From positions 124,001 through 188,000 of the IMG/VR virus record IMGVR_UViG_3300046616_000314: a DNA stretch of 64,000 bases. The stretch is one strand, 5' to 3'. This document shows, piece after piece, positions 54,791 through 63,217 of this stretch. Position 1 is the stretch's first letter. Each line of letters opens with the position of its first letter. The position numbers and the translations under genes are program-made. The notes below the pieces were generated by a model. That model saw nothing but the letters and a program-made list of their open reading frames with translations, was not told the origin of the DNA and searched no databases.

Positions 54791-55276
54791 TTACTCTACG
54801 CTAGATTTCTCTGCAAAATCAATAATAAAATGACCTTGATTACTTAAAGTTAGTTTCAAGGTCACGATTTCTTCTTCACTGTTGGTGAAGAACCACTCAT
54901 CATTCTTGAGTTTTACTATACGCCGCCCAATGGTTTGCGAAATTTTCACACGAACCGGGCCTTTATCTTCGATCTTCGGATTGACCAGAAGTCCAAATCT
55001 GGCTGGCAACCGGTTGATCGCTGGCTTGGTTTTGTGAGCAAACTCTATGATGAAATGGTTCAGTTGTTCGACGGTGGTGAAGAACAGGGTATTACCAACC
55101 CACGTGAAATCCCTTGGGAAAACCTCTTGTCCCCACTTGACTGCATCGTTCCAGAATCTAGGACGCTGGGGATAATGCCCCTTCATCACATAGTTGGGAT
55201 AGCCCGCATTACGCAACTTTGAGGCTGCGTGAAACTTGTCTTCTAGGTCATCACAAAAATCACGAATAGGTTTCAT
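54791..55276 (-). CDS. protein with two degenerate FxxEEDA-like modules
   Basis: FFTTVEQLNHFIIEF and WFFTNSEEEIVTLKL. Confidence 0.55.
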   Translation of the reverse strand: MKPIRDFCDDLEDKFHAASKLRNAGYPNYVMKGHYPQRPRFWNDAVKWGQEVFPRDFTWVGNTLFFTTVEQLNHFIIEFAHKTKPAINRLPARFGLLVNPKIEDKGPVRVKISQTIGRRIVKLKNDEWFFTNSEEEIVTLKLTLSNQGHFIIDFAEKSSVE

Positions 55277-55341
55277 GGCTAAACATATCATTATTCTAGG
55301 GATTGTCAAGACATTCAAACTAGACTATAATCTAGAAAATA

Positions 55342-55605
55342 ATGGAGGTTCGTATGATTCTGAGAGATTGCAATCGTGGTGTTATCGTCGCCGTCGCCCA
55401 AGAAGACAGTGTTGATCAATGGCGTGGGCAAGTCGGTCATATCATCGGCGTCCGCAAGGTGGCGACTTATGACTATGCAGTTGAAGTCGAACTGGGCTAT
55501 AATCCACTGTTGCCTGAGATTGACCCCTTGACCGGTGTGAAGAACCCCGAGAACAAGCGGTTGGTCATCTGTGTGCATCCGAAATATTTGACACGGGATT
55601 TCTAA
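55342..55605 (+). CDS. hypothetical protein (SH3-like)
   Basis: GGAGG RBS before ATG 55354; G.VG.I...YAVEV. Confidence 0.55.
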   Translation: MEVRMILRDCNRGVIVAVAQEDSVDQWRGQVGHIIGVRKVATYDYAVEVELGYNPLLPEIDPLTGVKNPENKRLVICVHPKYLTRDF

Positions 55606-56061
55606 ATGCGTTGTGGCATGTATGTGAAGCGAGTCGAGAAAAACGGCAAGTTTAAAATTGTCGAACAACGCTCGTGGATAACCACTCTAGATCACTCAGT
55701 CTCACTAAACGGCTGGGGTCTGTCAGCGGAACAACTGCTGGCAGAAGGCGCCGAGATTTGTGACGGCAAGATCGAAGCTCGCGTGGAAGCCGAGGATGAA
55801 CCCTACATGGGCGGCTCAAGCGCGGTGTTGACGATCACTTACACGTGCGAGAAATGCCATGGTCAGCATTTCCCTCATCTTCCCGAGGATTCCAAGAGCC
55901 TTGGTAAGTTCCTGACGGAAGTCATCGAGCAAATGGATGACGCTCCCTTGATCGCGGCAAAAACTGCGCAAGAGAAAGTGGATGTCGATAATCGCAATGC
56001 GGCGATGGCGAAGATTAACGCGGATCGAGCGAAACGCAATCAACCTCCGCTGGGGTTTTAA
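55606..56061 (+). CDS. hypothetical protein
   Basis: CEKC motif. Confidence 0.6.
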   Translation: MRCGMYVKRVEKNGKFKIVEQRSWITTLDHSVSLNGWGLSAEQLLAEGAEICDGKIEARVEAEDEPYMGGSSAVLTITYTCEKCHGQHFPHLPEDSKSLGKFLTEVIEQMDDAPLIAAKTAQEKVDVDNRNAAMAKINADRAKRNQPPLGF

Positions 56062-56096
56062 TTAGGGTCCTAGGGCATCGTCTGTTATGATGCTTT

Positions 56097-56228
56097 ATGA
56101 AATTTACAACATTCTCTGACCCTAAACCCAAGCCCGGTATGTCTGACCCTCGTTCAACGGGGGTGTCCAGACCAAGACCGCGACCCTCTACACGTTTCGT
56201 TCCAAACGATCCGCGTAGCACACGATAA
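56097..56228 (+). CDS. putative 43-aa Pro/Arg-rich peptide
   Basis: MKFTTFSDPKPKPGMSDPRSTGVSRPRPRPSTRFVPNDPRSTR; stop abuts the terminator. Confidence 0.35.
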   Translation: MKFTTFSDPKPKPGMSDPRSTGVSRPRPRPSTRFVPNDPRSTR

Positions 56229-56265
56229 AGAAAAGCCGCCAGAGGGTTTCCCTGGCGGCTTTTCT
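56229..56265. terminator. bidirectional intrinsic terminator
   Basis: AGAAAAGCCGCCAG...CTGGCGGCTTTTCT. Confidence 0.8.
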
Positions 56266-56266
56266 G

Positions 56267-56467
56267 TTACTGTTGGCTCAGAACGTATGTCTTAGCATCA
56301 GCGAGCAACTTGAACTTGCGTTCGTTATCGTAATCTTCGCCACGTCCAGCAACCCATTGGCGAACCCTGGCTGGATTTTGCTGATCGGCAAAGGTTCGTG
56401 CGCCGATGTCAGGATAAATCCACCAATCATTTAGGCGATAAACGCCGTTATGATCCCGTTCAAACAT
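56267..56467 (-). CDS. hypothetical protein
   Basis: TGATG-coupled to the AlkB-like gene. Confidence 0.55.
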   Translation of the reverse strand: MFERDHNGVYRLNDWWIYPDIGARTFADQQNPARVRQWVAGRGEDYDNERKFKLLADAKTYVLSQQ

Positions 56468-57036
56468 CAGATCAAGCCTCTGAAGGTTGCGCTGATTCTG
56501 GGCTTATGGAACCCAGACTTGGGGATCGCGTGCTGGTGCGTGGATTGCATTCCCGCCTCCATAATGGCGACGGAGCCGTGTTCCAGCAACAACTTCTCTT
56601 CGTCTCCGAACACCGGCTTGACGGTATCCGAACCGGCGACCAGAACGCGCCTAAACTTGATGACACGCTCTTGACCCAGAGTGATGATCGGAATCGGCTT
56701 GGTGTGATCGATGCCGGGATCATCATCGGCGTGGAAGCCCAAGGAATCCAGACCGTCTTTGTAGCCGTTCAGGAAACAACCTTCGAAACTGATGCCGGTG
56801 GCGACATAGATTCGGTCGGTCATTTCGGTGATCAGTTCGTGAGCCGCCTGGGGCTCATAGGTGCGCAGCTCCCTTTTCCCGTAGGTGTACGGGCGATTCA
56901 GGATGTTGTACCAATACTCCCTACGCGGAGTGTTGGGGCGGAACTGCCAATCCAACTCAGCCCACAATCTGTCGAAATAGACAGTCGCGGTCTTCGGATC
57001 GATGAAGTTCTTTACGTATGTAACCGGAGCGTCCAT
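56467..57036 (-). CDS. AlkB-family 2OG-Fe(II) dioxygenase
   Basis: LNGY.DG.DSLGFHADD (HxD), HAIPK, RISATFR. Confidence 0.9.
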   Translation of the reverse strand: MDAPVTYVKNFIDPKTATVYFDRLWAELDWQFRPNTPRREYWYNILNRPYTYGKRELRTYEPQAAHELITEMTDRIYVATGISFEGCFLNGYKDGLDSLGFHADDDPGIDHTKPIPIITLGQERVIKFRRVLVAGSDTVKPVFGDEEKLLLEHGSVAIMEAGMQSTHQHAIPKSGFHKPRISATFRGLI

Positions 57037-57062
57037 GACGGCTCCCCTTTTCTATTTCTGGA

Positions 57063-57458
57063 TCAGATCGGGTCAGTGCCCAAGATGCGATCCACGATGG
57101 GTTTGACGGCGGAATTGGTCGGAACGTACTGGAAAGCCATGTCGTTTGCCGAAATCGGACCAAACGTGCGCCAGCCTTCCGTATCCGAACCGCCTTCGAA
57201 AATCACGGTGACGTAATCATCGGTGGAATACTCGTCTTTCTTGCAAAGCTCGATAGCCTTGACTTCACCGGCTCCACCAAAATGACCGAAGATGTTCGGG
57301 TTCATGAACACCTTGAACGCCGAGCGTCGCTGCCAATGCTGGCAAAGTCGGCGGGCGGTCGTGTTAGCCCAACTACCAGTGTACTCACGGGCTTGCGCCG
57401 GAAACGTGAAGTCCGCCGGTTTTGCTTGTTTGAAAATACGCATACGGCTCTCCATCAA
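57063..57458 (-). CDS. hypothetical protein
   Basis: ORF upstream of the AlkB-like gene. Confidence 0.6.
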   Translation of the reverse strand: MMESRMRIFKQAKPADFTFPAQAREYTGSWANTTARRLCQHWQRRSAFKVFMNPNIFGHFGGAGEVKAIELCKKDEYSTDDYVTVIFEGGSDTEGWRTFGPISANDMAFQYVPTNSAVKPIVDRILGTDPI

Positions 57459-57513
57459 AGAATAGTCCTTATAATATCAGGGATATGCTTTCTGTCAACT
57501 CATAAATAAAGAT

Positions 57514-58569
57514 ATGTCTGACTTAGCCAAACGTATCATTGAATTATCCGGTCGCATCGTAGAAGATTCTGCTTTGTTTACTTCCGATCAAGCACAAGAT
57601 GTTCTTCGTTCCCACGGGTTCGACCCTGTAGGCTTGACCGATGATATTTTCAAGATGACCTATGATCGTGGTGTGAAGGCAGGCAAGATTACACCGCGAA
57701 ACAAAGACATTATCATTCGCGCGTATGGCGTTGTGAAACATAGCGAATCTGCTGTTCCCGAGTGGGCAAAAGCGGGTGGCTATTCCGGTAATCACGAAAT
57801 CAAAACGACCGACTATTCGGATGCTAATTTCATTAAGAAACGCATCTGGGAACTGTCGGGTCACGCTAAGACTCCTTACACACTTTGGGTTTTCGACGGC
57901 AAGTCTTTCTCTACACATTTGACGGTGTTTGGAACGCCTAAGTATCTACGTGAAATGACCAAGGCAATGATGATCTATGCTCGCAAATCTGCGGCGATTT
58001 TTGTCACCGGTCCTAGCAAGGCTTTGATTTTGCTGGCTATTGGTGGATTCATTTTGGAACAACCGATGGCTCTAGAAAATCGTTCAATCACCGATCCTCA
58101 TTTTGTTGCCGCATTACCAAACATGCTGTCGCGCATTGCTCAACAAATCAAAGACAAGGCGCCACCTGTTGCTGAATTCAAGGCATGGTTCAACACTAAG
58201 AACGGTAAGATGATCGAAATGAAACCTACTGAAAGTTTCTACGATCCTATTCGTCAAGACCCAAAACAGTATGGAGTCATTGATGAAGAAATGGCATCCT
58301 TGACCAATGTTCGGGCGAAGATGGAAGCCAAAGGTTGGGCTGCTATTGGGGTCAACGCAGCGGACAAAAATAACATAACTGCTATTGTTCAGGCGGGTGA
58401 TAACGATAAAGCACTCGCGGCAAGCCGTTGGTTGTATCATCAACGTTACGAAAAGGCTCCCTGGAAAAAATTGAATGTTAAGGCGCAAGGGCGCACCATC
58501 GTTCTAGACGGGCACGCCGAGATTCTTGACTACCTTAAAACTGGTAAGGCAAGCTATTACATCGGTTGA
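57514..58569 (+). CDS. late hypothetical protein, candidate capsid-packaged protein
   Basis: CATAAATA 5 nt before ATG; RIIELSG.IVE leader. Confidence 0.65.
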   Translation: MSDLAKRIIELSGRIVEDSALFTSDQAQDVLRSHGFDPVGLTDDIFKMTYDRGVKAGKITPRNKDIIIRAYGVVKHSESAVPEWAKAGGYSGNHEIKTTDYSDANFIKKRIWELSGHAKTPYTLWVFDGKSFSTHLTVFGTPKYLREMTKAMMIYARKSAAIFVTGPSKALILLAIGGFILEQPMALENRSITDPHFVAALPNMLSRIAQQIKDKAPPVAEFKAWFNTKNGKMIEMKPTESFYDPIRQDPKQYGVIDEEMASLTNVRAKMEAKGWAAIGVNAADKNNITAIVQAGDNDKALAASRWLYHQRYEKAPWKKLNVKAQGRTIVLDGHAEILDYLKTGKASYYIG

Positions 58570-58618
58570 TTTCGTATTTTGATCGTGATATTTTATAAAA
58601 AATATTTACGGATCGGTC

Positions 58619-59119
58619 ATGTCCACCCTTATCATGTCTCGTGTGAGAAAATTGAGCGAAGACGATTTCAAGAGCATCCAAGGCTCTGAAACGCACGCGG
58701 CTATGGTCAAGTGGCGTATTCGCATCAAGATCGACAAAGACTATACTCAGAACGCCCTTTCGACCTTTGAAAAATGGGCAGAAGACAACACCACGGGTTT
58801 GTACCGGGTTTGCTGGTATGGGTCAGATCGAGCCGCCATTGACATCTATTTCGAAGAAGACGCGGACGCGGCGACCTTTAAGCTGAAGTTCGAAGGTTCC
58901 AAGGAATCACCTATTCCGAAGAATCCACCACCAAGACCACAACCGAACTTCAATCAAACTGCCGCCATGCAGCGCGTCAAGCAATCGATCTACGACAAAT
59001 ATACCGATCATGATCCATATGATTCGTTCGGTCGCTACGATAGCTACGAGACCGATTTGACCAAGCTTGAACATCTTCGTCGGATGTACGAGCAACAGCG
59101 TAAAAGCAAAGGCAAATGA
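58619..59119 (+). CDS. FxxEEDA-FKLKW domain protein with C-terminal extension
   Basis: EKWAEDNTTG.Y...YFEEDADAATFKLKF, then Pro-rich linker. Confidence 0.72.
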   Translation: MSTLIMSRVRKLSEDDFKSIQGSETHAAMVKWRIRIKIDKDYTQNALSTFEKWAEDNTTGLYRVCWYGSDRAAIDIYFEEDADAATFKLKFEGSKESPIPKNPPPRPQPNFNQTAAMQRVKQSIYDKYTDHDPYDSFGRYDSYETDLTKLEHLRRMYEQQRKSKGK

Positions 59120-59565
59120 AAATCTTAGAGGGTTTTCTTGAGAAGAACCCCAAGGTTCTCGCAGCGGTCGATGTCTGGTTTGCAGAAATGCAAGCGGGTG
59201 GATGGCTCACGGTATCGGGCATCTACCCACAATGGCAACGATATCTTGCGCTCAGCGACAACGGCAAGATCGTAAGTTTTATGATTTTCGAGCGTGCGGC
59301 AAACAAGTCCATGATCCGCATCAAGGCGGCTTGGACTGACCCCGCGTATCGCCGTCAAGGGCTCTACGATACCCTCTGGAACGAGCTTGTGAGCCGCTAC
59401 AGGGGCATGTACGGAACTATCCGTAGTGGCTTCCATAAATCCAATAAAGCCTCTGAGGCGATGCAAATCAAGCAAGGTCGAAAGATCGTAGAAGGCATCA
59501 GCGGGAATGGAACCCACATGACATCTTACTACGAACTGAACCCCAAATTAAATATTGCTTTCTAG
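59116..59565 (+). CDS. GNAT-family acetyltransferase
   Basis: WTDPAYRRQGL motif A; N.AS motif. Confidence 0.75.
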   Translation: MKILEGFLEKNPKVLAAVDVWFAEMQAGGWLTVSGIYPQWQRYLALSDNGKIVSFMIFERAANKSMIRIKAAWTDPAYRRQGLYDTLWNELVSRYRGMYGTIRSGFHKSNKASEAMQIKQGRKIVEGISGNGTHMTSYYELNPKLNIAF

Positions 59566-59606
59566 TATTTGAATAGCGGATAATCTTCTATATTTGGAGA
59601 TTATCT

Positions 59607-60338
59607 ATGCGCGTTGCCGTACTCACACCATACCATAAAGAATCACTAGACGTTCTTAAGCGTTGCCACGATAGCGTTGTAAATCAAACCCATGCCGATG
59701 TTGTTCACTTCATGGTGGCGGATGGACACGCTATTGATGAGATCGACACTTGGGAAAAAATTGAACATATTAAGCTCCCCAATCAGCACGCCGATTATGG
59801 CGATACGCCGCGTTGCATTGGTGCTCTGAGTATTTCGGCTCAAGGGTTTGACGCGATCACGCTTCTGGACGCGGACAACTGGTTTGAACCAAACCATATC
59901 GAAACTTTGCTGAAGATGCAGCGGGACACCGGAGCCCAAGTCGTCACGGGTACACGAACCCTACGGCGCCCCGATGAAAGTATCCTGGCGGTTGACACCG
60001 AATCCGATGGTGTTCATTTCAATGATACCAATTGTTACCTCATGATGAAGCCGACATTCGTTGCGTTCAGTTCATGGGGCTTCAAGGATACGAAGGAAGG
60101 TATCATCGGAGATCGATATTTCTGGGAAACCGTGCAGCGCATGGGCTATACCCGCGCCCACTGTACAATTCCGACCACGAATTACGTGACGACGTTTGCC
60201 TATCACTATGAGAAGCATGGCGAGACGCCACCCGATTGGTCAAAGGTTATTGCACGCCTACCTGGGGACACTCACAACACCATGTATAATTACGTGGATT
60301 ATGTTGCCAAGATTAAGGCGATCCGAGCTAAAGCTTAG
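59607..60338 (+). CDS. glycosyltransferase family 2
   Basis: VAVLTPY, SV.NQT, VADG, LLDADNW. Confidence 0.85.
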   Translation: MRVAVLTPYHKESLDVLKRCHDSVVNQTHADVVHFMVADGHAIDEIDTWEKIEHIKLPNQHADYGDTPRCIGALSISAQGFDAITLLDADNWFEPNHIETLLKMQRDTGAQVVTGTRTLRRPDESILAVDTESDGVHFNDTNCYLMMKPTFVAFSSWGFKDTKEGIIGDRYFWETVQRMGYTRAHCTIPTTNYVTTFAYHYEKHGETPPDWSKVIARLPGDTHNTMYNYVDYVAKIKAIRAKA

Positions 60339-60672
60339 GATTTTTGTGCAACACAACGTCGGCGGTGAGAGCTTCGACTTCTGAAAAATAGATGTCAATC
60401 TTATGTGAGCGTGCGGGACCATCGGAAAATTCGATGTCTCGTGCGCTCATTCCGTTTTCACGATGCCGTAGAAAAATTCGGTAGCCAGATGGGTTATCGC
60501 ACTTTACGATAACAACAATCTTAATCTTGTCACCGATCTTCTCAATCGTTTGCGGAGTAAGACCACAATATATTGGAGCCGGAATTTGTGTATTGATTTT
60601 TTCGACAACAACTGGAACTGGCTTGAGAAACAAACCCATAAGCAACGCTAACAAATACATAAAATACACCAC
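60328..60672 (-). CDS. hypothetical exported/membrane protein
   Basis: N-terminal hydrophobic segment; CTAAATA upstream. Confidence 0.5.
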   Translation of the reverse strand: MVYFMYLLALLMGLFLKPVPVVVEKINTQIPAPIYCGLTPQTIEKIGDKIKIVVIVKCDNPSGYRIFLRHRENGMSARDIEFSDGPARSHKIDIYFSEVEALTADVVLHKNPKL

Positions 60673-60713
60673 GCGGACACCTATAGATATTTAGTTGGCT
60701 ATAAATAATAGTT

Positions 60714-62093
60714 ATGCGTATTGCTGAACTTTTTGAAAACGTGCTTCTAGAGCAAATCGATATGCGCAAGGCATTAGAGAAATACGCCAATGATCCGTCT
60801 ATCTATGTATCATACACGAATTTACCAAAAATTGGAATCAATCCGAAGTTTGACTTCGGGACACCACTAGGCATCTATGCCTATCCGCTGCGGAATATGT
60901 GGTTCGACATCAAATCGAACGATGTCCCATTCGGCGGTAATCGCAAATATATTCAAATTCTGAAAGCCGGTCCTTCGGTTATCAAAGCCGAGACTTACAA
61001 TAACTTCGAAGCAGACTGCCGGAAACTATACGATTTGTATGGCAAGGAATTTATTTCGAAATACAAAGATGCTTCCGATCCAGAAAAAATATGGAAATTC
61101 TTTGTGGATCACGCAAGCCAAGACGCCGAACACTACCATAATGGCACGATGCCAATCGTTCATTTGTGGGGACTCACACACAAATTAGCTAATTTTCTCG
61201 CGCCAGATCAGCGCAGCGGGCTTACCGTAGTGACGAAATGGAATTCAATTTTTCGTGCTTTGGGCTATGGTGGTATTTCGGATGGCGGTATGGGTTTGAT
61301 CCACGCCAACGAGCCTGCACAAGTAATTTTCTTTTCTAAGAGCGCGTTCCAGCATATCGGAATGGTAGACAACGTTCGAAAGATCACACAAGACCTTTCC
61401 AACCACGAGATCGAAGATTTGAACGATCTCATTGAAATCATAAACGAATATTGGGTAGACCACGATAGTTCAGATCGTGATGTCGGGGCAGAAGGCAATG
61501 CTGCTAAGATGCTACACCAAGCCGTAGCAAACGAATGGCTTGATCTGTTCAAGACAGGTTCGACCGCGCATTTTAAAATCAATGATCTTCATACGTTTTG
61601 GTCCAGCGTCACGATGAGTGAATTCAAGCGATTTGCTAGAATGCTATTGAAGCAGGGCAAGCCGGGTACCGTTGCCAAACTGATTCAATTGATCAAAGAA
61701 TTCCCGCAACTCGACACGTCGATCAGCAACATCGTGGAACTTGCGGCGAAGACACCTGGGGTTCGTATGAACCGCGCAGATTTCGATGCTCTCTACGATC
61801 CTGAATTCACAGAGAAAGCGGATAAAGAGGGCGTAAGCTTGCGCTATGATCGCAACGAAATCATTCTTCGTCAGGCGGTTGCGCAGTTGGTCAGAGGCGA
61901 GCAATTCAATTTGCGTCGTGCTGCTGAAAAAATGAAAGACAAACTACCGTTGGACTACGGCAAGAAAGTCACACCCGAAGACGTGAAGAAATTCCTGGGC
62001 GCCAAATATGCCCAAAAAATTGCTATGGAGTTTGAAGATTCGAGTATCGAACAGATGATCGAACGCGAACGCCGTAGATGGGTGTTCGCTTAA
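60714..62093 (+). CDS. late protein with TPLGIYAYPL domain, candidate capsid-packaged protein
   Basis: TATAAATA at 60700-60707; MRIAELFE leader; paralog of 27830-30217. Confidence 0.7.
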   Translation: MRIAELFENVLLEQIDMRKALEKYANDPSIYVSYTNLPKIGINPKFDFGTPLGIYAYPLRNMWFDIKSNDVPFGGNRKYIQILKAGPSVIKAETYNNFEADCRKLYDLYGKEFISKYKDASDPEKIWKFFVDHASQDAEHYHNGTMPIVHLWGLTHKLANFLAPDQRSGLTVVTKWNSIFRALGYGGISDGGMGLIHANEPAQVIFFSKSAFQHIGMVDNVRKITQDLSNHEIEDLNDLIEIINEYWVDHDSSDRDVGAEGNAAKMLHQAVANEWLDLFKTGSTAHFKINDLHTFWSSVTMSEFKRFARMLLKQGKPGTVAKLIQLIKEFPQLDTSISNIVELAAKTPGVRMNRADFDALYDPEFTEKADKEGVSLRYDRNEIILRQAVAQLVRGEQFNLRRAAEKMKDKLPLDYGKKVTPEDVKKFLGAKYAQKIAMEFEDSSIEQMIERERRRWVFA

Positions 62094-62281
62094 TAACTCT
62101 TGTCGATGTACAGGATGTCTTCTGGACGCTGCTTCAGAGCGCGTAGATAGCCCGAGATTTCTCGTTCGGACATATTTTCATGGCGTTCAATGATACCATC
62201 GACATATTCGATGACCATTTCCAGCTTATCTTCATTGAGATAATAGCTGGCAACCGCTGGTGAGCGGAGCGAGAAATTCAT
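62090..62281 (-). CDS. KTSC-like small protein
   Basis: S..V.S......L...IEY.DG....H.N.....YL.A resembles a degenerate KTSC domain. Confidence 0.4.
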   Translation of the reverse strand: MNFSLRSPAVASYYLNEDKLEMVIEYVDGIIERHENMSEREISGYLRALKQRPEDILYIDKSY

Positions 62282-62314
62282 TTGTTGGGATCAATCAAAA
62301 AATAAAAAGAGCGT

Positions 62315-62389
62315 TGGCGGCGATCAGAGGACTCGAACTTCTATACACCCTTTGCGAGGGCACCCGTATCCAATTCCGGGCAGATCGCC
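62315..62389 (-). tRNA. atypical tRNA-Cys(GCA)-like gene
   Basis: GGCGATC/GATCGCC acceptor stem, TTCGAGT T-loop, TC-GCA-AA loop, encoded CCA; G73, C33 and a T-stem mismatch are non-canonical. Confidence 0.6.
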
Positions 62390-62446
62390 ATGTCAAACGC
62401 TGACCATTACTATATAGGGAATCATCAAAGCCCCGTCAAGGCTTGA

Positions 62447-62905
62447 TTACGAATTTTCGTCAAAAATTTCGGCGTTTTGGAAAATGGCTTGGAAACGGGG
62501 ATGAGCCATGAACTGTCCGACAGTGGATTTATCGGCGTAGATGAATCCCAGATCGGGGTCTTCGATGAACGCATAGTGACCCGGAGACGCATACTCGCGC
62601 GCAGCGTCTTCCTTCAGAACCTCAAGGTCCAGGGCAAACATGAAGGGAATGACGTTGGTTGAAACGTCGGTCAGTTGCCGCCAAATCTGGTGGTGGATGG
62701 CTTGTGAAGCATCCCAGAAATAGATGTCGTTTTGGAGAATGAACCCGCGAGCCAGACCATACTTTGCACGCTCTATTAGAGCTTTAGTGCCATTACGGGT
62801 CGGGTTGATCGTAACCAATACATCGCGCCCGCGAATCTCAAAACGCTCAACTTTTTCGTTGAGTAGCGATTCTTCAATTATATCGATGTACTTGCGAAGG
62901 CTCAT
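62447..62905 (-). CDS. late hypothetical protein, candidate capsid-packaged protein
   Basis: CATAAATA upstream; MSLRKYIDIIEESLLNE leader. Confidence 0.65.
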   Translation of the reverse strand: MSLRKYIDIIEESLLNEKVERFEIRGRDVLVTINPTRNGTKALIERAKYGLARGFILQNDIYFWDASQAIHHQIWRQLTDVSTNVIPFMFALDLEVLKEDAAREYASPGHYAFIEDPDLGFIYADKSTVGQFMAHPRFQAIFQNAEIFDENS

Positions 62906-62914
62906 AAAATATAT

Positions 62915-63217
62915 TTATGATCCGAGAAGACCTTTCAGTCGGGCACGTACCATAAGGTCTTCAAAGACTTCTTGGTTCCCGCTAAATTTATGTTCGAAAC
63001 GAACCTTGTGGATTTTGATACTCCACACATGGTCTCGTGGGCGCAACCTGATATAACCGGGACCGAAAATCACAAAGATATCCGTGCCAACCAGATCGCC
63101 CAAGAGCGATCCGGTTTCTTGCCGCATGTAATAATCGGCGCCCTGGCGGCGGCGAGCATCTTCCTGGCTCATACCGATCAAATGCAAAAACAGATTTCGG
63201 ATCAATTCATCGTTCAC
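62915..63217 (-). CDS. hypothetical protein, G..E.F.ED..KLKG family
   Basis: GNQEVFEDLMVRARLKG. Confidence 0.6.
   Translation of the reverse strand: MNDELIRNLFLHLIGMSQEDARRRQGADYYMRQETGSLLGDLVGTDIFVIFGPGYIRLRPRDHVWSIKIHKVRFEHKFSGNQEVFEDLMVRARLKGLLGS

Noticed and set aside
56398-57216. 272-aa plus-strand ORF
   Set aside because: Antisense to the clear AlkB-like gene.
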